This document shows, in pieces, positions 28,378-38,004 of a stretch of DNA of 64,000 bases. The notes beneath the pieces are model-generated. The model saw nothing but the letters and a program-made list of their open reading frames with translations. It was not told the DNA's origin and made no database searches. Source of the DNA: Candidatus Poribacteria bacterium (GTDB taxonomy: Bacteria; Poribacteria; WGA-4E; WGA-3G); NCBI GenBank assembly GCA_963665235.2, contig CAXXLX010000001.1:4064001-4128000 (forward strand), given 5' to 3'. The position numbers and the translations under genes were made by a program. How positions within the stretch are numbered: the first letter of the stretch is position 1; each line of letters starts with the position of its first letter.

Positions 28378-30399
28378 CTACTCCGTTAAATCCCAGAGTA
28401 TGACAGTGCTGTCCCGACTTCCACTGGCGAGTGTTTTTCCATCGGAAGAATAGGTGAGGGCACCGACAACGCCAACATGTCCGTTCAAAGTTTTGAGAAG
28501 TTCGCCGGTGGTGGCATTCCAAAAATTGATTTTCTCCCAACCCCCAGTGGCAAGGACATCGTCCTCGGGCGAATACGCTACGGAATTGATAACTTCGGTT
28601 TCTGTCGTAATGGTTTTCAGGAGCTCCCCCGTGGCAACATTCCAAAAATGGATAGCGTTATCGTCCATGTCGTGACTGATCGCAAGCGTTTGTCCATCGG
28701 GTGAATACGCCACAGAATTGATAACTTCGGTTTCTGTCGTAATGGTTTTCAGGAGCTCCCCCGTGGCAACATTCCAAACACGAATCGTGCTATCGGTACC
28801 GCCACTAACAAGGGTTTGTCCGTTCGAAGAGAATGCCACATCGGAAACCCCAGATGTATGTCCCTTCAATGTATTCAAAAGTTCCCCCGTCTGGGGATTC
28901 CACAATCGGATTGTTTTGTCCCAACTGCTGCTAGCGAGGGTTTGTCCATTGGGACTGAAAGCTACGGATGAAGTGCGCTGCGTATGTCCTTCAAGCAAAC
29001 CTTTACGTTCCCAAGTGCTAACATGCCATAACAGAATCGTGTTGTCGCCAGCTCCACACGCGAATGTTGTACCGTCCGGAGAATAGGCCATAGCTGCGGA
29101 ATTTTCAACAAAAAGTGTCTTGAGCAGTTTGTGAGTAGCTATATCCCAAATACGGACGACAGACCAATCTGAGGTTGTTAGTGTTTCCTCATTCGGCCCG
29201 TATATCACATTGCCGATAACATCGCTATATCCGGTGATGGTTTTTTGAGGTGCACCGGTGTCCACATCATAGAAATATATTCCATATCCGGAGGAAGCAG
29301 CAAGCGTACGCCCATCGGGAGAATATCTAAGGGCCCAGACCCTGCCATACTCGCCGCTAGGCATTTCGAGAGTGTGTGATAATTCCCCGGTGTTGGCATC
29401 AAAGCGTAGGACGGTGCCTTCATTGTCGGCACAGGCGTAAGTTCTCCCCATCGGGGAACAGAGAGCAAAATCCAAGGGTTTATCCCATGTGAAAGTTCTG
29501 ATTTTCTCTGTAGTGTCGGCGTTCCACAAACGAACTGTGCCATCGGAACTCGTGATAGCAAGTGTTTTGCTATCTTTTAGAAAATCGATGGAGGAAACAT
29601 TGCTAGGACTGTCGCTTTTGAGTATGTGCAAAAATTCGCCAGTATTGGCATCCCATAGGCAGACATTGTTATCGCCGCCATGCGTAGCAATTCGCTTGCC
29701 ATCCGGTGAATATATTAGGGAATCAATAGAATTCGCATGTGCCGCAAAGGTGAGTTGAAGTTCACCCGTAACAGCGTCCCAAAACCGGATGACCTCATCA
29801 TTTCCAGCACCTGCGATTTTACTGCCATCCGGACTAAACGCTAATATCAGCACCCGATTTGTCTGTTCAGAGAACGTTGCTTTCGATTCACCTGTGGCGA
29901 CATCCCATAATCGGATGTTTCCATCGTCGCCCACTGTAGCAAGCGTTTTGCCATTAGGGCTGAAGACCATGCTATGAACTCGCTCTGTATGTCCAGAGAG
30001 CGTTGCCTTCAGTTCACCCGTGGCGACATCCCATAATTTAATTACAGACAAACCGTCAGGATTCTCACTGACAAGTGTTTTGCCATCGGGACTGAAAACA
30101 ACAGTCCTGACGTAATCTGTATGTCCGGTCAGTAGATGCAGTTCTTCACAGGTTTCGGTATCATAGAGCCAGACCCCGATTGTGCTGGCGACGGCAAGTC
30201 GAGTGCCATCGGGTGAATACGCAAAATCAAAGATATACCCTTTGCCGAAACGGGCATAAGCCCCCTCCGGTAGATAGTTCTTGAGGTAATTTTGTGCAGA
30301 ACTCACAGGTCGCGAGCACAGCTCGCTCCTACAGAGGAAGGGCGACAGCACTATGAACAGTATAAGACATGTGAACAGATTTACATTTCCCACTGCCAA
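28378..30399 (-). CDS. Secreted WD40 repeat protein with a REP inside its leader
   Basis: Hydrophobic leader; YLPEGAYARFGKG cap; close paralog of 30461-32512. Confidence 0.88.
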   Translation of the reverse strand: MAVGNVNLFTCLILFIVLSPFLCRSELCSRPVSSAQNYLKNYLPEGAYARFGKGYIFDFAYSPDGTRLAVASTIGVWLYDTETCEELHLLTGHTDYVRTVVFSPDGKTLVSENPDGLSVIKLWDVATGELKATLSGHTERVHSMVFSPNGKTLATVGDDGNIRLWDVATGESKATFSEQTNRVLILAFSPDGSKIAGAGNDEVIRFWDAVTGELQLTFAAHANSIDSLIYSPDGKRIATHGGDNNVCLWDANTGEFLHILKSDSPSNVSSIDFLKDSKTLAITSSDGTVRLWNADTTEKIRTFTWDKPLDFALCSPMGRTYACADNEGTVLRFDANTGELSHTLEMPSGEYGRVWALRYSPDGRTLAASSGYGIYFYDVDTGAPQKTITGYSDVIGNVIYGPNEETLTTSDWSVVRIWDIATHKLLKTLFVENSAAMAYSPDGTTFACGAGDNTILLWHVSTWERKGLLEGHTQRTSSVAFSPNGQTLASSSWDKTIRLWNPQTGELLNTLKGHTSGVSDVAFSSNGQTLVSGGTDSTIRVWNVATGELLKTITTETEVINSVAYSPDGQTLAISHDMDDNAIHFWNVATGELLKTITTETEVINSVAYSPEDDVLATGGWEKINFWNATTGELLKTLNGHVGVVGALTYSSDGKTLASGSRDSTVILWDLTE

Positions 30400-30460
30400 T
30401 CCTCCTTATTATCAAATTTAAGGTAGTAGATACGCTCCGCCGGGTTTCCGTAACATAAAA

Positions 30461-32512
30461 TCACTTGGTTAAATCCCATAGTATCACAGTGCTATCCCGG
30501 CTGCTGGTGACGAGGGTTTTACTGTCTGAAGAATAGGTGATAGAATAGATAGTCCCTTTATGTCCGGTCAAAGTTTTGAGAAGTTCGCCGGTGGTGGCAT
30601 TCCAAAGACAGGCTTCTCCCTCTAAACCGTCGGTGGCAACGACCTGACCATCGGGTGAATAGACTACAACATAAGCGTGTCTGGCATGTTTATCAGCAAT
30701 GGTTTGCAGGAGCTCTCCCGTGGCAACATCCCAAAAGCGGATATTGTAATCGCTACTGTCTCCGGCGGTTGCAAGCGTTTTTCCATCGGGTGAAAATGCC
30801 ACAGAATTGATAGAATCGGCTTCTGTCGTAATGGTTTTTATGAGCTCCCCCGTGGCAACATTCCAAAACCGAATTGTGCCATCATCATCCCCACTTGCAA
30901 GGGTTTGTCCGTTTGGCGAGAATGCCACATCGGAAACCCCAGATGTATATCCATTGAAGGTTTTTAAGTTTTCGCCTGTGCGGGGATTCCAGAGGCGAAT
31001 CGTTTTGTCCCAACTCCCGCTGGCGAGGGTTTGTCCATCTGGACTAAATGCTACTGAGCTTATCCATTTTGTATGGCCTTTGAGAAGCAGCCTATCTTCC
31101 CATGTGGTGGCATTCCATAAGAGAATTGTTGCGTCCCTTGTTCCACACGCGAGGGTTGCACCGTCCGGAGAATAGGCTATATCTCTTATATAACTTTCAG
31201 TCTGTTCGGTGTGTCCAAACCGACCTACAGTGGAAAGTTTTTTGAGGCGTTGGCCGGTGTGAACATCCCAAATACGCACAATACCACTCCCTTCACTTGC
31301 AAGTGTTTTCTCATCCGGCGCGTATATCGTAGTGCCTAAAACATCAGAATATCCGGTGATGGTATTTTGAAGTGCACCGGTGTTTACACTGTAGAAATAT
31401 ATCTCTGAGCCGCTGGAGACCGCAAGTGTCTGTCCATCGGGAGAATATCTAAGGTCATTAACACTCTTGCGGCCAGGCATGTCGAGGGTATGTAATAACG
31501 TCCCGGTGTTGGCATCAAAGAGTAGTACCGTGCCTTTATTGTCGTCACAGGCGTAAGTTCTACCCATCGGGGAACAGAGGACAGACTCCAAGGGTTTATC
31601 CCAGGTGAAAGTTTCGATTTCCTCTGTGGTGTTGGCGTTCCACAAACGAACTGTGCCATCGGATTCACCGGAACTCGCGATAACAAGCGTTTTGTTATCT
31701 TTTAGAAAATCGATAGAAGAAACATTCGTAGGACTGTTGTCTTTGAGTATGTGCAAAAATTCGCCTGTATTGGCATCCCATAGACAGACGTTGTTATCGC
31801 CGCCATGCGTAGCAATTCGCTTGCCATCCGGTGAATATATTAGGGAATCAATAGAATTCGCATGCGCCGCAAAGGTGAGTTGAAGTTCACTGGTAACAAC
31901 ATCCCACAAACGGATTACTTCATCACCAGCACTTGCAAGCTGACTGCCGTCAGGACTAAAAGACAGCTCCCCGCCTCTGTATCCTGTAAAGGTGGTTTTG
32001 TGTTCACCGGTGGCACTGTCCCATAATCGAATAGTCCTATCCTCACCTGCACCTGCTAAGGATTTACCGTCTGGACTGAAAATAAGATTTCTATTCCGTT
32101 TATTACTTCCAGGGAGTGTCGACTTAAGGTCGCCCGTGGCTACATCCCATAATTTAATTGCAGGGGGAGCCTCGGGGTCGTCGGGGTCGCCGGGGTAGTC
32201 ATCAAAATCCGCACTGACAAGCACTTTGCTATCAGGACTGAAACCGACAAGCGCGACATAATTTGTATGTCCAGTCAGTAGATGCAGTTCTTCACAGGTT
32301 TCGGTATCGTAGAGCCAGACCCCGAGTGTGCTGGCGATAGCAAGTCGAGTGCCATCGGGGGAATACGCAAAATCAAAGATATACCCTTTGCCGAAACGGG
32401 CAATAGCCCCTTCAGGAAGGTAACGTCCATTAAAATTCTGGGCAAAACCGTAAGGTATCCACATCAGTGACGTAAGGATGAACGGTATGATGAATAGACA
32501 GGTTGTTTTCAA
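30461..32512 (-). CDS. Secreted WD40 repeat protein
   Basis: Signal peptide GFA-Q; YLPEGAIARFGKG cap; WD40 repeats. Confidence 0.9.
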   Translation of the reverse strand: MKTTCLFIIPFILTSLMWIPYGFAQNFNGRYLPEGAIARFGKGYIFDFAYSPDGTRLAIASTLGVWLYDTETCEELHLLTGHTNYVALVGFSPDSKVLVSADFDDYPGDPDDPEAPPAIKLWDVATGDLKSTLPGSNKRNRNLIFSPDGKSLAGAGEDRTIRLWDSATGEHKTTFTGYRGGELSFSPDGSQLASAGDEVIRLWDVVTSELQLTFAAHANSIDSLIYSPDGKRIATHGGDNNVCLWDANTGEFLHILKDNSPTNVSSIDFLKDNKTLVIASSGESDGTVRLWNANTTEEIETFTWDKPLESVLCSPMGRTYACDDNKGTVLLFDANTGTLLHTLDMPGRKSVNDLRYSPDGQTLAVSSGSEIYFYSVNTGALQNTITGYSDVLGTTIYAPDEKTLASEGSGIVRIWDVHTGQRLKKLSTVGRFGHTEQTESYIRDIAYSPDGATLACGTRDATILLWNATTWEDRLLLKGHTKWISSVAFSPDGQTLASGSWDKTIRLWNPRTGENLKTFNGYTSGVSDVAFSPNGQTLASGDDDGTIRFWNVATGELIKTITTEADSINSVAFSPDGKTLATAGDSSDYNIRFWDVATGELLQTIADKHARHAYVVVYSPDGQVVATDGLEGEACLWNATTGELLKTLTGHKGTIYSITYSSDSKTLVTSSRDSTVILWDLTK

Positions 32513-32632
32513 TGTTAATTTTCCTTTGATTGGCGATTAGCAATTGGGTCATTGGCAATTAGCAGATGTTGTGATTCTAATACGCGGTCTGACGCGCGTC
32601 AAGAGATATTACTCTTGCCCACGGTTTCCAAT

Positions 32633-33037
32633 TAACACGGGAGCTTGACAATAAATGTCCGTTTGCACTAAACCCTATAAATATATCGTCCTTGAAGAGC
32701 GGGCTGCTTGCCCGAATACTGGGACTAAGAAAGCGGAGACATCTGCTTCTATAAATATATCGTCCCTACGGGACTAAGAGAAATGAAACGGAGAACGGAA
32801 GACCCAAACTGGAAGTTTATGATACAATAAAGCACACAAACTGGAAGTTTATGATACAATAAAGCACACAAACTGGAAGTTTATGATACAATAAAGCACA
32901 CAAACTGGAAGTTTATGATACAATAAAGCACACAAACTGGAAGTTTATGATACTATAAAGCACACAAACTGGAAGTTTATGATACAATAAAGCACACAAA
33001 CTGGAAGTTTATGATACAATTTCAATTAGAAATGGTA
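32633..33037. mobile_element. Composite of two MITE-like elements with seven 32-bp REP tandem units (32804-33020)
   Basis: Left part matches 3824-3976; right part matches 3983-4226 including the AAATGGTA end; unit CACAAACTGGAAGTTTATGATACAATAAAGCA. Confidence 0.75.
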
Positions 33038-33084
33038 TAAGTTCAAGGCGTTGGCAATTCTGACCGTTCCAATACGCAGCACGT

Positions 33085-35403
33085 CTAAGGGTCAAGTTCC
33101 CAGAAAAGGATAGTGCCATCCCAACCCCCACTAACAAGCGTGCGACCATCAGGACTAAACGACACGCTAGAGATTACATCTGTATGTCCTTTGAATGTTC
33201 TGATAAGTTCTCCTGTGTTTGTGTCCCATAGCCGAATAGTCTTGTCCTTACCCCCGCTAACTATGGTATTGCCATCCGGACTAAACGATACGCTATAGAC
33301 CCCATCTGTATGTCCAGTAAATGTTCTGATAATTTTTCCTGTCCTAATGTCCCATAGCCGAATAGTTTTGTCCCCACCCGCACTAACGACGGTATTTCCA
33401 TCCGGGCTAAACGACACGGTTTCGACCCAACCCAGATGTCCTATAAGTGTTCTGATAAGTTGCCCAGTGCCTGCGTCCCATAGACGAATAGTCTCATCCA
33501 AACAGCCACTAACAACGGTGTTGCCATCCGGACTAAATGCCACGCTAACGACACGCTCCGTATGTCCTGTGAGTGTTCTGATAAGCTGTCCTGTGTCTGT
33601 GTCCCATAGACGAACAGTGCTGTCATAACTGCCACTAACGATGGTGTTTCCATCCGGACTAAAAGACACACTGTAGGGGCGTTCTGTATGTCCTTTGAGT
33701 GTTCTGATAAGTTCTCCTGTGTTTGTGTCCCATAGACAGATAGTCTTGTCCGCACTCCCACTAACTACGATATTCCCATCCGGACTAAACGACACGCTAC
33801 AGACAAACCATGTATGTCCCGTGAGTGTTCTAATAAGTTGCCTTGTGTTAATGCCCCATAGACGAATAGTATCGCCGTCACCCGCACTAACTAGGGTGTT
33901 GCCATCCGGACTAAACGACACACTACTGGCATCATCGATATGTCCTGTGAGTGTTCTGATAAGTTCTCCTGTTTTCGTATTCCACAGACGAATAGTATCG
34001 TCCCTACCCCCACTAGCTATGGTGTTGCCATCAGGACTAAATGACACGGTACGGACTAAATCGGTATGTCCCGTAAGTGTTCTGATAAGTTCTCCGGTGT
34101 TCGTATTCCCAAGGCGGATAGTCTCGTCATCACTTCCACTAACGATGGTATTGCCATCCGGACTAAACGACACACTATTGACCCCATCGATATCTCCTGT
34201 GAGTGTTCTGATAAGTTCTCCGGTGTTTGCGTCCCATAGCCGAATAGTCTCGTCCGCACTTCCACTAACGATGGTATTGCCATCCGGACTAAACGACGCA
34301 CTACGGAGACATATGTCCTGTGAGTGTTCGAGTTCTCCTGTGTTCGTGTCCCATCGAATAGTATGTCCCGTGAGTGTTCTGGACTAAGTTCGGTATGTCC
34401 CGGTGTTCTAATAAGTTGCCCAGTGTTTGTGTCCCATAGACGAATTGTCTCCCACTAACCATCATCTAAATGACACACTAACGATGGTATTGCCATCCGG
34501 ACTAAATGACATCGCTAACGACCTATGGAATCCTGTAAATATCTCCGTAAATCCAAATCCCGATGAGTGTTCTGCCATAAGTTCTCCTTACAGTGTTTGT
34601 GTCCCATAGCATCTTGTGCTAACCTGTTTTCCATAGGTGCCTCTCCTCTCTGTCTTGTCCCAACTCCCACGGTTATGTAAATCAAGCAAGGACAATGCGA
34701 CCATCTGGACTGCGCAAAGACACGGCTAACGACCGTATCTCGCATGTCCTGTGAGCGTTCTGATAAGTTCTCCTGTTTGCTTCAGTGAGGCAACATTCCG
34801 CATGATGGTTTCTAATAGATTTGGCGTAACGAAATACCACCGAGGATTTCGCGAATTGTCATCCGCTCTTAGCCGTTCGCGCGCACGGCTCAGCCGACTT
34901 TTAACGGTGTTCACGGATACACCTAAGAACTTGCTAATCCGTTCGCAACTCGTTTCACCGAGATAGTGCAGTATCATTACTGTCCGTTCGCTCTCAGGCA
35001 GCTTTTCCAACAAGCTTTCAACGACTTGACGGCGACGCTCCGCAGCGGCCTCCTCTCGCTGTTCCGATACATAGTTGGCATAAGCGGTTTTCTCCAATAC
35101 CTCATCACTAACGGTTTCCATTGACTGCACCACACGTTTCTGCTTTCGCTGCCATGCAATGCAACGCCTACTCGCGATGACATATAACCACCCAGCGAAA
35201 CGCGCCGGCTCGCGTAAGGTCGGCAGTTTCTCATACACATGAAGAAAAGTGTCCTGTGTAATCTCTTCGGCAATATGAAAATCTTTGATTTTACCCCATA
35301 CAAGCGCGTGAACACTCTTTTGATATTTTTTAACTAAATCGCTGAAAGCAGACTCGTCACCTGATAATGTCCTCTGAATTAGTTCAATGTCCTCTCTTTC
35401 CAT
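33085..35403 (-). pseudogene. ECF sigma-WD40 fusion (copy 3) with scrambled or deleted middle; sigma part and C-terminal WD40 repeats intact
   Basis: Sigma ORF 34726-35403 nearly identical to copy 2; remnants MENRLAQDAM and IGIWIY inside 34300-34790; clean WD40 ORF 33085-34173. Confidence 0.8.
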
Positions 35404-35443
35404 CAGAAACCTCCCGTAATCAATTTTGATTTATCGTTATATA

Positions 35444-35473
35444 GTGACGCGATTCTGAGGAAGAAAGGTTGCA
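35444..35473 (-). promoter_or_regulatory. Putative ECF autoregulatory promoter
   Basis: TGCAACC-N17-CGTCAC. Confidence 0.7.
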
Positions 35474-35552
35474 GGATTCAATAAAAAATTTGAAAAAACA
35501 GCTTTTTTTTAATCAGAAATAGCCAATTTTTACCTATTTTCGCTCATGTATA

Positions 35553-35710
35553 TAAACTCAAGTTGCTAGGGACAAGATTTTCGGCACACAAGAAACGGCT
35601 CCTGTTGAAAGCCATCGTGCCGCTCCGGAGTTTTGTAGCGCGAACTACTACTTTGCACCCTTATGCCACAAACTGGAAAGTTTGTGCTACTATGGGGCAA
35701 CTTGCGTTAT
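35553..35710. mobile_element. MITE-like element carrying an inverted REP doublet
   Basis: Ends TAAACTCAAGTTGC / GCAACTTGCGTTA; internal GTAGCG...CACAAACTGGAAAGTTTGTGCTAC; relative at 47223-47368. Confidence 0.55.
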
Positions 35711-36033
35711 TATAGAGCAAATCCCATGGATATGAAAGTAATTTATTACTTGGCAACTTGGGTTATAATAAATACTCACGGATTTATGTCCCAAATCTAA
35801 CAGACGAACCCACTGTATAGGAAATAGTCTAGCCCTTTTGACAGATATTGTCAAGAAAAATAACCCAACTTTGCAGAGGCATTTAGTTTTTGGTTTTTTC
35901 AAGCGTTTTGCGGGGAAGATGGTGAGCGAAGCTCGCTCTTGAGGAGCGGGCTGCTTGCCCGAATACTAGAAGAGTCGCGAGCACAGCTCGCTCCTACAGA
36001 AGATTGACCCGCTTCCGATGTGACTACAAAAGA

Positions 36034-37926
36034 TTATCGATTAAGAACAGCCATTCCTGCATCCCATAAGAGTACAGTGCCGTCGCGACTACTACTGGCA
36101 AGCGTCTTGCCACGGGAGAATGCAACATCAGTGACATCCAGTGAATGTCCAACGAAGGTATGTATCCCTTTACCTGTTTGTGCGTCCCAAAGGTAAACAG
36201 CATCGCTGGTGCTACCGCTAACAATAACGTTTCCATCCGGCGAAAACGCGAGAGCGTTGACATCGCCGAAATGTCCGATTACCGGAAAACGCAATTCACC
36301 GGTTTCCAAATTCCAAACCCAGATACCGTTGTCCTCTCCACCACTAGCAAGCGTCTTGCCATCCGGAGAGAAGGCAATGTCATAAACATAGTCTGAGTGT
36401 CCAACAAAGGTTTTTAAATGGTCGCCTGTGCTGACATCCCATAACATAATAGTGTTGTCGGAGCTACCACTCGCGAGTGTGGTCCCATCTGGGGAAAATG
36501 CGATAGTCCTCACGGACCTAGTATGGCCAGTGAGGGTTTTTAGTAGGTCGCCGATAAGCAATTGTTCATCAGTGCGAACCTGCCATAACCGAATTTTACC
36601 CACTCTGTCCCCGCTGGCAAGTTTGCTGCCATCTGGAGAATAGACGATGGCGACAGCCGGAGAGAAACCATCTACGAAGCTGCCCATGAACCGCCCTGTT
36701 TGTGCATCCCATAAGCGGACCTTGCTGCCTCGGGTGCTCCGACTGGCAAGTGTTTTCCCATCCGGCGAATATGCAATTGGATCAAACAGTGTATTCGGGC
36801 CTGTGACGGTTTCGCGAATTTGATGTGTGTGTAAATCCCACAGGTGGAGTTTACGTCTACCACAGGCAAGTGTGTTGCCATCCGGCGAATATGCAATTGA
36901 AGAGACTCGATATGTATGTCCAGTGACGGTTTTCAAGAGTTTCCAATCGGCACTATTCCAAAACCGTATAGTGCCATCGTAACTTCCGCTGGCGAGTGTT
37001 TTCCCATCCGGTGAATATGCGACTGTTTTAACGAAACTTTGATGTTCTAACGTTTTAAGAAGGGCACCGGTGTTAATATCCCAAACCCGGAGCGTGCTGT
37101 CGTGACTTGTACTTGCAAGGGTCCGTCCATCGGGAGCAAAGACAACAGAATCTATGTAGCTCTCATGTCCCGTGAGGGTCTTCAAACGTTTTCCTGCGGC
37201 AACATCATAGATGTATACCGTGTCCTCGTCTCCGGCACATGCAAGGATTTTTCCATCCGGGGAGAATGCGATTGTTTGCACCCACGTATCTTCTTGTACA
37301 ATAGTCTTCAGTTGTTCACCGGTAGCTGCGTGCCACAACCTTAGTGTACTATCCCGCGCCCCACTGGCAATTATTTCACCATTCGGAGAGTATGCTACAC
37401 AATAGACCTGTCCATCATGCCCTAGGAGCGTTTTTAGGGATTCGCCGGTGTGGACGTTCCACACCTGAATTGTGTTGTCATAACTGCCACTCGCGAGGGT
37501 TTCACCTTTTGGATTAAGAGCGACTGAACTCACAGTCCCCGCATGCCCGATGAGTGTGGATTTATGTGCACCGGTATGGGCATCCCATAACATGACAGTG
37601 TAATCGCTGCTCCCTGTGGCAAATAGGGTGCCATCAGAGCTAAAGGATATGGCGTTTACACGGTCGGTATGCTCTGAGAGCAGGTCAATTTCATGTCCGG
37701 TGTGTGCATCATAAATCCAAACGCCGGCTGCGGTGGCGACGGCTAGCTTGCTGCCATCAGGAAAATACTTAATGTGATATATCCTGCCTTTCCCGAGTCG
37801 TGCTTTCGCGCCTGTCGGTAATCCCCAACGTGTGTATTCTTCGGAGAAGGCGTTTGGCACAACAAATGAATATATTATTGCAGAAAGTAGAAGGAACACA
37901 AGACGTAACAAGTTCGTTGTTTTCAT
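36034..37926 (-). CDS. Secreted WD40 repeat protein
   Basis: AGGAG RBS, MKTTNLL signal peptide, WGLPTGAKARLGKG cap. Confidence 0.9.
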   Translation of the reverse strand: MKTTNLLRLVFLLLSAIIYSFVVPNAFSEEYTRWGLPTGAKARLGKGRIYHIKYFPDGSKLAVATAAGVWIYDAHTGHEIDLLSEHTDRVNAISFSSDGTLFATGSSDYTVMLWDAHTGAHKSTLIGHAGTVSSVALNPKGETLASGSYDNTIQVWNVHTGESLKTLLGHDGQVYCVAYSPNGEIIASGARDSTLRLWHAATGEQLKTIVQEDTWVQTIAFSPDGKILACAGDEDTVYIYDVAAGKRLKTLTGHESYIDSVVFAPDGRTLASTSHDSTLRVWDINTGALLKTLEHQSFVKTVAYSPDGKTLASGSYDGTIRFWNSADWKLLKTVTGHTYRVSSIAYSPDGNTLACGRRKLHLWDLHTHQIRETVTGPNTLFDPIAYSPDGKTLASRSTRGSKVRLWDAQTGRFMGSFVDGFSPAVAIVYSPDGSKLASGDRVGKIRLWQVRTDEQLLIGDLLKTLTGHTRSVRTIAFSPDGTTLASGSSDNTIMLWDVSTGDHLKTFVGHSDYVYDIAFSPDGKTLASGGEDNGIWVWNLETGELRFPVIGHFGDVNALAFSPDGNVIVSGSTSDAVYLWDAQTGKGIHTFVGHSLDVTDVAFSRGKTLASSSRDGTVLLWDAGMAVLNR

Positions 37927-38004
37927 GAAAATCAACTCCTTTGAGATAGACATCCTCTATAAACATATCGTCCATATTGGACTAAGAGGATTTTAAGGAT
38001 GCGT

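Noticed and set aside
28370-28645. N-terminal extension of the 26540 WD40 ORF
   Set aside because: Overlaps the upstream gene in another frame; the family cap indicates a start at 28369.
33085-34300. Diversity-generating retroelement behind the WD40 variability
   Set aside because: No reverse transcriptase in the window and no template/variable repeat pair with adenine-specific differences was seen.
35838-35854. TTGACA-GATAT-TGTCAA palindrome as an operator
   Set aside because: Single occurrence inside a repeat-rich spacer with no clear target gene.
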